Of a stretch of DNA of 64,000 nucleotides, positions 49,037-58,616 are shown piece by piece. The translations under genes and the position numbers were made by a program. The notes below the pieces were generated by a model. That model searched no databases and was not told where the DNA came from. It was given only the letters and a program-made list of their open reading frames with translations. This DNA comes from Promethearchaeati archaeon SRVP18_Atabeyarchaeia-1 (lineage in GTDB: Archaea; Asgardarchaeota; Atabeyarchaeia; Atabeyarchaeales; Atabeyarchaeaceae): assembly GCA_037308085.1 (NCBI GenBank), contig CP147779.1, forward strand, positions 2,048,001 to 2,112,000, in the 5' to 3' direction. Position 1 is the stretch's first letter, and every line of letters starts with the position of its first letter.

Positions 49037-49919
49037 CGGTCACAAGAAGATCGCCTGCTTCGTCGAGACGTACAACTTCCTGCGCAGCGATGAGGCAACG
49101 GCACTCAGAAACTTCAAGTTGGCAGCAGAGAAGAAGGGCCATAGGTTCGACTTCATATTCAAGAAGGACATATCCAAGATACCGGAGTACGATTCGGTCT
49201 TCATCAGGGCAACCACCGATCCAACCTACACCGCCTACATGGTTTCAAAGATCGCCTCAGAGAACGGCCTTAAAGTCGTTGATTCGCCACAGTCGATCCG
49301 TATCTGCGGAAACAAGATTAACATGTACGGTCTCCTGGAAAGGAATGAGGTACCCTACATACCTACGGTGATATTCTCGAAACAGGATCTTCGGGCTAGA
49401 AACATAAGGTTCCTGTTCAGACTGTTTGGCTCACCCCTCGTGTTGAAGGCGCCCTACACCAGCTTCTCGAAGTACGTTGAGAAGGTGGCGAGCGAAACGA
49501 GCTTCAGAACGATCGCAAAGAGATTCTTCAGGAGATCAGATGCCATAGTGGTCCAGAAATTCATGCCAACCACGTTCGACTGGAGAGTTGGAGTTCTCAA
49601 CGGCAAGGTGCTTTACGTCTGCAAGTACAACATGATCAAGGGTAAATGGAAACACGGTGCTAAGAGGAGAGGCAAGAAGAGTTTCATCTGGGGTGATGCC
49701 TTCTCGATCAGAAAGGAGTACGCCCCCGAGGAACTTAAAGAGGTGGCGCTCCGAGCCTGCGCCGCAATCGGAGACGGTCTCTTTGGTGTCGACGTGAAAG
49801 AGATAGATGGCAACTACATCGTAGTAGAGGTCAATGACAACCCAAGCATCAACGCCGGATACGAGGATCACTCAGACGCAGACGTCTACGAGAGAATAGT
49901 CGACTACCTAGCCAGCTAG
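49017..49919 (+). CDS. RimK-family ATP-grasp alpha-L-glutamate/peptide ligase
   Basis: FIRATT, PLVLKAP..SFS, QKFMPT.FDWRVGVL, GVDVKE, EVNDNP. Confidence 0.92.
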   Translation: MSRLANNGHKKIACFVETYNFLRSDEATALRNFKLAAEKKGHRFDFIFKKDISKIPEYDSVFIRATTDPTYTAYMVSKIASENGLKVVDSPQSIRICGNKINMYGLLERNEVPYIPTVIFSKQDLRARNIRFLFRLFGSPLVLKAPYTSFSKYVEKVASETSFRTIAKRFFRRSDAIVVQKFMPTTFDWRVGVLNGKVLYVCKYNMIKGKWKHGAKRRGKKSFIWGDAFSIRKEYAPEELKEVALRACAAIGDGLFGVDVKEIDGNYIVVEVNDNPSINAGYEDHSDADVYERIVDYLAS

Positions 49920-49997
49920 TTATTCCCATGGCGAGTAAAGCTCACTTCGATCAGATGTATCTACCATTGTTGGGGCTGATTACCAACGTACAAAGCC

Positions 49998-51182
49998 TTG
50001 GAGGTCCTAGGACCTGAACACGAGTTCTCCGTAGTCGACGATGAATTGCGCGCCATGCCCATCGTAGACACAATAATGAAGGATCTCTATGGACGCGTAG
50101 TCAACGCGGTCGAATATCCCAGATACGTCGTAGGGAAAGAACTGCAGTCGCACGTCTTGGAGCTGAAATCGAAGAAACCCTTCTACTCACCTGTGGATTT
50201 TGAGAATGCGATGCATCAAGGAGTGCTGTTTGTCTCGGACTTCATCAAATCAAAGTACGGGGCATCTCTTCTGGGCACCGGCATGCACCCTCTAATCAGA
50301 ATCAATGAGGCAAAGATCTGGTCTCACCGGCATCGAAGCATCTACAGAGCCTACGAGAAGATCTTTAACGTGAGGCAGCACGGATGGCTCAACATCCAAG
50401 CCTTCCAGCTCAACCTCCCCTACGGCGGAACCAAGAAGGGTCCGACCTTCCACAATCTTCTGGCGAGCATAGTACCTTACATTCCCGCGATCACAGCCGC
50501 TTCACCAATCTATGAGGGGAAGTTTGGAGACTACGTTGACAACAGACTGCATTTCTACAAGAAGAATCAAATCGAGATTCCAACCTTGGTGGGGGACGTG
50601 ATCCCGGAATACGTGAACTCCACGGATGAATACGTTGAGACCGTCATTGGGAGATATTCCAGGGACCTTGCTCGCGCGAATGCCTCGAAGTGTATCATCA
50701 ATGTCGAATGGATTAATTCGCGCGGAATAGTGTTCAGATTCGACCGCCATGCAATCGAGATAAGAGTAATCGATGAGCAGGACTGCATAAAGAGTGACGT
50801 AGCGGTAAGCTGCCTGATAAGGGCGGCTATGAGAGGACTACTCAGAGACGACGATAAGTTGCAGTTGCCGCCACATGAAATGTTGGTGAAGGACTTCAAC
50901 TCCGTGATGAGACATGGCCTAGACGCGAAGGTCCAGCACCCAAAGGGTTCTACAAGCCGCGATGTTTGTCGCTACCTATTTCAACTAGCCAGTAACAACG
51001 CCCTTGATGAAGAGAAGGCTTATCTTCCAATAGTGAGAAGAAGAATAGAAGAATGCAACCTCTCACAGGCGATAGCTAGGAACGTGGAACGGGGATCACA
51101 AAAAGTGGGTATGCATGAGGCGATATTGAAGACATACCTGGACCTCGTCAAGAGCCTTAGGGAGAACAAGCCGTATTTCTGA
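49998..51182 (+). CDS. Glutamate--cysteine ligase family 2 (GCS2/YbdK-like carboxylate-amine ligase)
   Basis: GPEHEFS, KELQ.HVLE, GTGMHP, HGWLNIQ..QLN, A.SP, NSRG...RF.R.AIEIRV.D.Q. Confidence 0.9.
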   Translation: MEVLGPEHEFSVVDDELRAMPIVDTIMKDLYGRVVNAVEYPRYVVGKELQSHVLELKSKKPFYSPVDFENAMHQGVLFVSDFIKSKYGASLLGTGMHPLIRINEAKIWSHRHRSIYRAYEKIFNVRQHGWLNIQAFQLNLPYGGTKKGPTFHNLLASIVPYIPAITAASPIYEGKFGDYVDNRLHFYKKNQIEIPTLVGDVIPEYVNSTDEYVETVIGRYSRDLARANASKCIINVEWINSRGIVFRFDRHAIEIRVIDEQDCIKSDVAVSCLIRAAMRGLLRDDDKLQLPPHEMLVKDFNSVMRHGLDAKVQHPKGSTSRDVCRYLFQLASNNALDEEKAYLPIVRRRIEECNLSQAIARNVERGSQKVGMHEAILKTYLDLVKSLRENKPYF

Positions 51183-51209
51183 ACGGCCGCCAAAGGGAGT
51201 CAGAGAACG

Positions 51210-51776
51210 ATGGACAAAAAGCAGCACGCCGACAGGCAAAGCAACTTCTTCGACGTTTGCGGGCAGTGCAAGATTAGTTGCTGCAGGGACGCGAGACCAC
51301 CTACAACCCCAGCGAGACGGAAGCTCATAGAAGAACGGCTCGGTAAGAAGCAACTTGTGGGAGTGGAACCGCCGTACTTCGTGAAGGATAACAACTACAC
51401 TCATCCAAGGGAAACGCCGGACGGATTCTGCATATTTTACGACAAGAGCACGAGACTCTGCAGAATACACGACATTAAGCCTGAGACCTGCGTAGCTGGA
51501 CCGATTACGTTCGATATCAATCCGAAGACGGGGAAGCTCGAGTACTTCTTGAAAATGGAGAAGATATGTCCCTTAGCCGGCAAGATCTACAAGGCAGATG
51601 GCGAGATTCTTGAGAGGCAAGTGGCTTCTGCCAAGACCGAGATCCGAAGGCTCCTAGCCGGCATAGAGCCTGAAGCATTGCGGGCGATACTTAAGATCGA
51701 TGAGCCAGACACGCTCAAAATACACGAGGAAGAGAATAGAGACGCTGGCAAGAAGCTTGATTCCGCGCCAGAATGA
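51210..51776 (+). CDS. YkgJ-family cysteine-cluster protein
   Basis: C..C..SCC, CIFYD...CRIH..KP.TC..GP. Confidence 0.88.
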   Translation: MDKKQHADRQSNFFDVCGQCKISCCRDARPPTTPARRKLIEERLGKKQLVGVEPPYFVKDNNYTHPRETPDGFCIFYDKSTRLCRIHDIKPETCVAGPITFDINPKTGKLEYFLKMEKICPLAGKIYKADGEILERQVASAKTEIRRLLAGIEPEALRAILKIDEPDTLKIHEEENRDAGKKLDSAPE

Positions 51777-51798
51777 TCTCCTGGGTTAACATTCCGTT

Positions 51799-52872
51799 CT
51801 ACTTCTTTGTCTTGGCCATCAGGTAGGCTACGATGAGTGGCAGGGCTATCGTTGCGTCGCAGTAACAGATCGACGTCCTTGCCTCTTCCTTTATCTTTCC
51901 CCAGCTAATCGCTTCTCTCAGTGTTGCGCCTGAAAGCCCTCCCCACTGCGGTGCATCAGTAGTTATCTGGGCAGCGTACTTGAAACCACACTGCTCGGCT
52001 TTTGGAAGCGCCATAGAGGTCTGGAGAACGAAGTTCTTCGGCGTACCCCCGCCTATTATGATGATTGCACGGTCCTTGTGCTTCTCCATGTCTGCAAACA
52101 GGGTATCATATTCGGATATCATGTCCACGACCAGTCTCGCTTGATACTGGGGCTGTAACACTTCCATGTTCGCATAGTGGAGCCGTATACCATAGTCGCA
52201 GTCTACAAACGCGGGGCAGATGACTGGCACTTTGTTCTTGTACGCCGTGGCTAAGACGCCATCATCATTTTTCTCTGCCAGCACTTTTCCGAGGCTGCTG
52301 AAGAATTGGGCAGGCGTGATCTTCACCTCTTCTATTTGACCACTAGCAGCGCTACCCTTCCTGCCCGACGGCGCCTTTGCAGGATTAGCAGCTTTGTTGC
52401 CGACTCCGCTTCTGTTCTTGACGAAGCTCGGGAAAAACGTGCTATCAAGCCACTCCCCGAATTCCGCCCATCTGTCGTTCGAGAGAAATATGTCGTAGAT
52501 TCTGAAAAGCCCCTGCTTGAAAAGCTGTGCGTCGTCAGCATTCTCGGTTCCAATCATGTGAGCCTGATAAGTTCCTTTTATCGCGTCGTGAACCATGTTT
52601 GCTCCAGTTGTGGCAAGAAAATGAATAAAGTTGTTCTCTATTGCCTGAGCTATGGCTCTCCGCATACCCGCAGGAGTCATTGCCCCGGCCAATGTGAAGT
52701 AAATGCGGGAGCCTGACTTGACCGCCTCCAGCCAGATGTTAGCAACCTCAAAGAGCTTCCGAGCATTATAAGAAGTCCCTCCGAGCTCCTCCACCAGCTC
52801 AGAGACTGTCAGATCCCCACTTAACGCAATGTCCTTAACAAGGCGTTGGTTTTCGTCATGATCCTCAGGCAC
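51799..52872 (-). CDS. dys: Deoxyhypusine synthase
   Basis: AGAMTPAG, TGAN..HD, GGGTPKN, GGLSGATLREAISWGK (catalytic Lys), DATIALPL; GTG follows GGAGGTG. Confidence 0.9.
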   Translation of the reverse strand: MPEDHDENQRLVKDIALSGDLTVSELVEELGGTSYNARKLFEVANIWLEAVKSGSRIYFTLAGAMTPAGMRRAIAQAIENNFIHFLATTGANMVHDAIKGTYQAHMIGTENADDAQLFKQGLFRIYDIFLSNDRWAEFGEWLDSTFFPSFVKNRSGVGNKAANPAKAPSGRKGSAASGQIEEVKITPAQFFSSLGKVLAEKNDDGVLATAYKNKVPVICPAFVDCDYGIRLHYANMEVLQPQYQARLVVDMISEYDTLFADMEKHKDRAIIIIGGGTPKNFVLQTSMALPKAEQCGFKYAAQITTDAPQWGGLSGATLREAISWGKIKEEARTSICYCDATIALPLIVAYLMAKTKK

Positions 52873-53213
52873 CTCTGGCACACCTCCCACCAAGACGAGC
52901 TTCCAGAGACTGGGAGCACAGGCCAATTTGCGGACAAGGACCCCTAAACTATTATCGGCTAACACTCCAACTCATTAACGCACGTGGGAACTCCCAAATC
53001 TCAATCGCTACTCATTTGTCGCTCATCTTATATAAGTATCTACGGGATCGACGTGCAACATTCTTCCACTAGTTCATGACCTTAGAGCACGAGCTTCCTG
53101 CGAGGAGGAAAAGCCGGTCAGGTAATCTCGACGTGAGCTGAACCCTTTACTGCTTTCATGCCTCGCAGTCAAAGCCTCGACTCCAGAAGCGGGCATGATA
53201 TGGGTTTCTGCCT

Positions 53214-53936
53214 TCATCCTGTCTTCCCAGAAGACTTACTCTGGGTTGGCGAAGGATAACTGTCCATTGACTCCATGACAATTCTGCCAATACCCGCGCC
53301 AAAAAACAAAAATGCAATTGCGCCAACCAGACCCGCAAGTATCATGACTCCCGCCATTGGGGCTGCATCTCGAAGGAACTCGATGTCAGTTTTTCGCGCC
53401 ATAGTGTAGGCTGTATTCATCAATGCGAGTAAGGCGAACAACTTGATTATGTTGCTTATAACACTCGCAAGTAGGAAAGGCGAGAACTGCAATCCATTTC
53501 TGATCCAAGCGAGGAAGGTTGCCACAATTGAAAAGGAAGAGGTGATCCAGTTATCTGGGTATACGACGAGACCTGAGTACATCGTCGTTAGTGATATCGT
53601 CGACAGGAGGGCTACCAAAACCGCGGTGGCGATCCACACCACTCCCAGATTTCTCAACTCTCTGATCCGCCGCTTTCCCGAGCTGTAGCACATATAGCCG
53701 AAGATAAAAGAAAGTGCTGCGCCGACCGCTACAACCACGATCACAATTGGGGTGGCGGCCTCAAGTGCCTAAGAGGCGGAATAATGGTAAGTAGCGACCA
53801 AGTCATACGCATACTGAGCGACTGATAGCATAACCAAGCCTTCGATGATGATCCAAGCGCTGATCGGGTAGCATGCGTTTGTCACCCTGTGCAAAAGCAT
53901 GATGAAGCGTTCATCATCGTCTTGATCTCTTGACAA
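53214..53936 (-). CDS. DUF996-like membrane protein interrupted by an in-frame TAG at 53769-53771
   Basis: Track ORFs 53769-54038 and 53214-53744 share a frame, separated only by TAG and ALEAATPI; TTG start after GGGGTGGGG; similar layout to 2578-3228. Confidence 0.65.
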
Positions 53937-54157
53937 TTCTATCCCCACCCCTGCCGTCAAAGTCGATCCTTGTCGAGCGAGTTGACCGCGCAAGCCAAGT
54001 AATCCGCTTGCTTCCTTCGCCGGGAAGTAGGTGCGCAACTCTCAGTATTAAATCTATCTGAATCGGTGACATCCACTGGAATAATCGTGAACCCCTTCTC
54101 TGCTGCCAATGATGTATCTGCCTTAGTTATCGAGCTTGGGATGCCGCCTAGGCTAAG

Positions 54158-55963
54158 CTAGTCCGTGGCATGCCTGCAGGGCGCAAGCGGAATCTGGGCG
54201 GATATGGGGAATCTGTAATACTGCTTGTTCCATATGTACGCGAGCCCCGTGGGAAGGTTCGAAAGCCTTGCCATGTCTCTTTGGTCAAAGTGTGGAACGA
54301 GTTCTCTGAGCTTGTCGAAGTCTTCTCCCATTCGATGGATTATCATGGAGTGGCACTGCCCCAGAACGTGCTTCGCCTCAAACCCAGGCAGATCCTGAGA
54401 CGCGAAGAACAGTCCGAATCTGAGTGATCTGCCTTGGCGGGCTATGCGTTCAACCCCCTGAAGGGTAGCCTCATCCTTGAGGATCTTCCACGCCTCGTCG
54501 ATTATCACGACTGTTGGCGGATAAGCCTTCCCAAGGGAGTGCAGACTGTGAATATGATCATAGAGAGCCCAAAGAACATACGAGACTGTGACTTCCTGTG
54601 CGTCTCTCGTCAGGGGAGCAACGTCAACAACCGACACCCGACCGGGTTTAACGAGTTCGTTTATTGGAATGGTGGGCACTTTCGGATCATCGAAAAGATC
54701 CATGAGGAGAAGCTGCTCCAGACCTCTGAGGATGCTTTTGGCAGTCTGGATGTGAATCCCAGCGGAGCTTGTCGGTCCTGGGATCTTGATCTCCTGATCC
54801 TTAGATATCTCAGCCTCCCTGATCAGAATTGATAGAAGCCTAGTTATTTCTCTGAGGTTGTAGCTTCTTCCCTCTTTCTCAAGAATGTATTTGATAAGGT
54901 CTTTGGCGTGGATGAATGAATCGATTCCCATGCCTGAGACCCGGTCCTTCAGTATCTGCTCAAGGTAGCTGTCACCCAGCGCTTCCAGCTCAAGATCAAA
55001 GCTGTTCCACGCCCCGTCCCTGCGTGTGCATTCTCTGCCCTTCAACACGTAGAGCCTGAAGTCCCGCACTCCCGCGGGCCGGATATTGAGACCCTTCCAA
55101 ACTGCGGCTCCGGTGGGTGTTCGCTTGAAATTCGCATCCATGACCTCTTGCTGGCACGGCTGATCGAGGTACAAGAATTCGCTGCCCTTGACGTTGAACT
55201 GTACGACTGCGAGGCCGCACTCGCTAAGCGACTTGTCGAAAGCGGCAATGGTGTTGGATTTTCCTCCCCCGGTTGCGCCCACGATGATGCCGTGGTACCA
55301 CATTGCGTCCATCGGCAAGTCGATTACTACGTAGGGCCTGTAAATTGACTCTGGGTTCGCGTAGAGACCTATCGGAATCGTCAGCGTGCTCTCACGTGGT
55401 TGCTCTACGATTAGGGCTATCTTAATGTCCTCTGCATTCGCCAGGTAGACGGGGCTTTCTCTTTCAGGCGGTCTCAAGGGCCCAACGACCCTTCCCTCTA
55501 GGAGCTGCCCTAAAGATTCAACTTCCAGTATCTCCGAATCCTCTCTCCAAGTTACGTCTCTCTCCCCGCCTTCGCCATAGTAGGAGACCATCGCCATGTC
55601 CTTGGCGCTCTTATATGAGAGACCAGGTTGAATCACGATCCGCTTGATCTTGCCGAGGACAGGGGTCCTCGATCTGTCGATGGCATCCACCCTAACAATC
55701 GTATCAATCTTCAGGTCACCCACAATCCTCCTTTTCGACATAGAAGGGACTATGACTTTAAACACCTCAGTCTCTATTGGCTCTTCAAATCCGCCTGCGA
55801 CGACGCCGATGAATTCTCTTTCGGCAGGCAAGGTCTTGGCGTCCATTTTCTCTTCTCTCGGAGAGGTAGGAGCGGGTCTCAACTTCGAGGCTGAAGCGTG
55901 GTTTTGCGAGCGATTCAACGCAGAGTTTTCATCGGGATCATAATCACTGATCTTCTTGGACAT
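54158..55963 (-). CDS. herA: HerA/FtsK-family ATPase (HAS barrel plus P-loop)
   Basis: N-terminal HAS-like barrel, GATGGGKS, IIDEAW, RIARQGR..GL..ASQ; ATG overlaps the upstream TGA. Confidence 0.88.
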   Translation of the reverse strand: MSKKISDYDPDENSALNRSQNHASASKLRPAPTSPREEKMDAKTLPAEREFIGVVAGGFEEPIETEVFKVIVPSMSKRRIVGDLKIDTIVRVDAIDRSRTPVLGKIKRIVIQPGLSYKSAKDMAMVSYYGEGGERDVTWREDSEILEVESLGQLLEGRVVGPLRPPERESPVYLANAEDIKIALIVEQPRESTLTIPIGLYANPESIYRPYVVIDLPMDAMWYHGIIVGATGGGKSNTIAAFDKSLSECGLAVVQFNVKGSEFLYLDQPCQQEVMDANFKRTPTGAAVWKGLNIRPAGVRDFRLYVLKGRECTRRDGAWNSFDLELEALGDSYLEQILKDRVSGMGIDSFIHAKDLIKYILEKEGRSYNLREITRLLSILIREAEISKDQEIKIPGPTSSAGIHIQTAKSILRGLEQLLLMDLFDDPKVPTIPINELVKPGRVSVVDVAPLTRDAQEVTVSYVLWALYDHIHSLHSLGKAYPPTVVIIDEAWKILKDEATLQGVERIARQGRSLRFGLFFASQDLPGFEAKHVLGQCHSMIIHRMGEDFDKLRELVPHFDQRDMARLSNLPTGLAYIWNKQYYRFPISAQIPLAPCRHATD

Positions 55964-57159
55964 CAAATCTCGCTCCCCACGAAGTACTGAGATGCAAAGT
56001 GACCTAGGCTCAGTCGAGCATCCTCGACTCCCCTGTCTTTTATCCACTCGGACATTAATCGCCTCAGGTGTATAAGCAATGCGGATCGCTCAACTCTAAC
56101 CATTCTGTGGATGCACATCAGAGGATGCGGGACGCCCTCTGCTGCGGACGCCAAGCTCATAGCGTATACCGCCTTTGAGATCAGGTCTTCCCTTATCCCC
56201 CAGCGCTCCCAGCAATAATCAGGGATCTCAACCCTGAACGGTGCGGACCACTTGGTAGGCTTGATGTAAAAAAAGACAAACGATATAGGACTCGAGTAAG
56301 GCGTTGCACCAAATATCCTTGGGGGTCGAAAATGGAAGGCAGCACTCCTCTCGCCAGGCTTCAGCCTGAATGCATATAGCGAGCAGTCAGTGGGGAAGCT
56401 TGCATCGAACTTCTCTTTGGAGTTGCTCCTGAGGTACTCCACGACCACGTTCTGCGAAGGCCTCTTAACGATCCCTATGACCATTGCATCTTTCTCGAGG
56501 AAGACCTGGTAATACTTTTCCTCAAGCTGGGATATCTGCTGGTAGGACGATGACATGTTGTGCTTCGGGTCAGCATCCCACCGTGACTTCGGTCCATACA
56601 GGTTCCCGTCCCGAATAATCATGCCGCCCCGATCGGTGTAGTCGAGAGCCTCCAAGGTTGTTTCGTTCTCAGCGTAGGTCCGGAGCAAACTGATGAAGCT
56701 ACCGATCTCGAAGGGATCGACATTGTCTCTTACTAGAGACTTCAGGTCTTCAACATCTTCACTGACAAAGCCCTCGGAGTCACCGAAAAGCAACTTGGAG
56801 TAGTAGAGGAAGAAGGGGGGATACCTCTCGCATGATACGAGATACTCCGTGGGCGGGCTTCCAGCGCCCGAGAAATATCGTCTTGCCGCTCCTGCCCGAC
56901 CCAAGAGGAGAGTGCCGAACGGGAGCACCCAGAAATTGCTGCCGCCATCAATACTAATCGTGCTTCTCCCCCGCATTATGTGGCTGTCCAGAGCGATCGG
57001 AATGCCCTTAAGAGGATCAGCGGATTCAACGGGTTCAAGTTTGCCTAGCATTATCTGCTGGTTGTACTTGAGGTCAGTGAGTTCGGCGAGCGCTGAGACT
57101 GGAAGAATGCTCGGTAGCCGTTCAAGCTTCTCCCTGATCACCCTAAATGGCAAAGACAT
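55963..57159 (-). CDS. nurA: NurA-family nuclease (divergent)
   Basis: SIDGGS, IIRDGNL, GIVKR, FFY.K....FRVEIP, G.P.PL...H. Confidence 0.8.
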   Translation of the reverse strand: MSLPFRVIREKLERLPSILPVSALAELTDLKYNQQIMLGKLEPVESADPLKGIPIALDSHIMRGRSTISIDGGSNFWVLPFGTLLLGRAGAARRYFSGAGSPPTEYLVSCERYPPFFLYYSKLLFGDSEGFVSEDVEDLKSLVRDNVDPFEIGSFISLLRTYAENETTLEALDYTDRGGMIIRDGNLYGPKSRWDADPKHNMSSSYQQISQLEEKYYQVFLEKDAMVIGIVKRPSQNVVVEYLRSNSKEKFDASFPTDCSLYAFRLKPGERSAAFHFRPPRIFGATPYSSPISFVFFYIKPTKWSAPFRVEIPDYCWERWGIREDLISKAVYAMSLASAAEGVPHPLMCIHRMVRVERSALLIHLRRLMSEWIKDRGVEDARLSLGHFASQYFVGSEI

Positions 57160-57243
57160 GTTTGACCAGTCCTCAGCTTCGCGCCCTGTAAGGTGTAACT
57201 ATCCTTTTCTCTCGATTTCTCTACGCACAGTTGCTGTGCGACG

Positions 57244-58257
57244 CTACTCTCTAGCGACCAGAAGTCTGCCCCTAGATGTGTCAAATCTCATCTGGTAACC
57301 GAGTCTTATGAGACGCTGGATCTCAGCCGCAACCATCCTAGAGTCTCTCAGGTACCTTTCCTCAAGGTCAACCACCGGAACCACCGGTGGAAGGTCTCCG
57401 ACGTAGTCGTCAATCCCTCGAAAGCCTGATGGTGCCGTAGCTTTTCCCAAGACCAGCTCAGTCAAGTGATTGCCTAGCGCACTCTCCAGCTTCTCCATGA
57501 CCTCATCTGAAAGCAGCACTGACTCTTCGGCTGTCAGCCTGCCGGCTGAGACACCTATGACTCCTCGTCCCTCCGGGGCCGAGATGCGCATTGTGACAAT
57601 TCTGCCCACCCTGTCGCTTTCCCAGCGGTATCCTGCCCCTTCCAGTGGCGATGAACCAATCTGTGTGACATGGTCGATCCTCTCATAGATCTCGGATTTC
57701 ATAAGATCCGAGCCTTTGAGCTCCACTTCGACGTCTTCCACCGTTGCCCGGACCTTGTAGACTTCGCTACCAGGAAGCGTCTGTAAGTAGTGGTCGCATA
57801 GGCACTTCAAATCCTCACTCCGCGGGACAAACCTTTCGAAGCCGTTTGGAGACGGAAGACACATGTCGAGAACCGCCGAGATCGCTTCCTCTGCAACGTT
57901 TGTGTTTAGAGGTCCCCCCAAAGACGATACTATAATGGCTCCTCTCTGAGGAAGCGCCATCAATCGAAAAGCATAGCCCACGAAACCCTCTTCGACTGCG
58001 GGCTTGCCCCCCTCAAACTCGTGGACAAGCTCTTCAAGACCTGGCTTCTTCTTCTCCTCATACTTCTCAAGGTAGAACACTGCTGTTGCGGCCACGGGAA
58101 AGCGCATTTCGATAAAAGGCGCTCTGAACCCCCGCCTCGGCCTCGGACACCCAAAAGACAGCACGCTCTGCTTGCTCCGCCACCTTGAGAGTATCTTCAC
58201 CGGAGTCAGAGATGTAAACTCCCTATGCCTGCTTGGCAGATATATGCCGAGCTGCAT
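57244..58257 (-). CDS. Uncharacterised alpha/beta protein, first gene of the nurA-herA operon
   Basis: 337-aa ORF with a GAGGCGG RBS, co-oriented with nurA and herA; no recognisable family motif. Confidence 0.7.
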   Translation of the reverse strand: MQLGIYLPSRHREFTSLTPVKILSRWRSKQSVLSFGCPRPRRGFRAPFIEMRFPVAATAVFYLEKYEEKKKPGLEELVHEFEGGKPAVEEGFVGYAFRLMALPQRGAIIVSSLGGPLNTNVAEEAISAVLDMCLPSPNGFERFVPRSEDLKCLCDHYLQTLPGSEVYKVRATVEDVEVELKGSDLMKSEIYERIDHVTQIGSSPLEGAGYRWESDRVGRIVTMRISAPEGRGVIGVSAGRLTAEESVLLSDEVMEKLESALGNHLTELVLGKATAPSGFRGIDDYVGDLPPVVPVVDLEERYLRDSRMVAAEIQRLIRLGYQMRFDTSRGRLLVARE

Positions 58258-58260
58258 GGA

Positions 58261-58400
58261 GGAACCGCCTCTTTCTATCTAATAATCTTGAGTATAACGT
58301 TATGTTTCCTAGAGTAAGCTCATGTCACTTCTCTCATATAAAGGTTTATCATGTATTATCATATTAAACCCTTAAGAATCATCTAAATCGTAATGAATAA
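58261..58400. promoter_or_regulatory. AT-rich divergent promoter region
   Basis: Minus-strand TTTATATG (~58336-58343), plus-strand CTTAAG box (~58371), palindrome ATAACGTTAT and a TTATCAT direct repeat between the boxes. Confidence 0.55.
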
Positions 58401-58616
58401 GCCATCAACACAGCAATGCAGGCAAATCCGCCAACCACAGGGGCGATCCGTCCAAGCATGACTCTGTGGCATCTCTATTGGGACCGAAAAGGTTGATTTC
58501 AGGCGGAGAAAAGCTCAAGCGAGCAATGCTTAAGAGGTTCGCAACACACTGCAAAGTCTCATATTGACGGAGCGCCAAGTGACGCTCACTCACCATAACC
58601 GGGAGGTTGTAATCAT

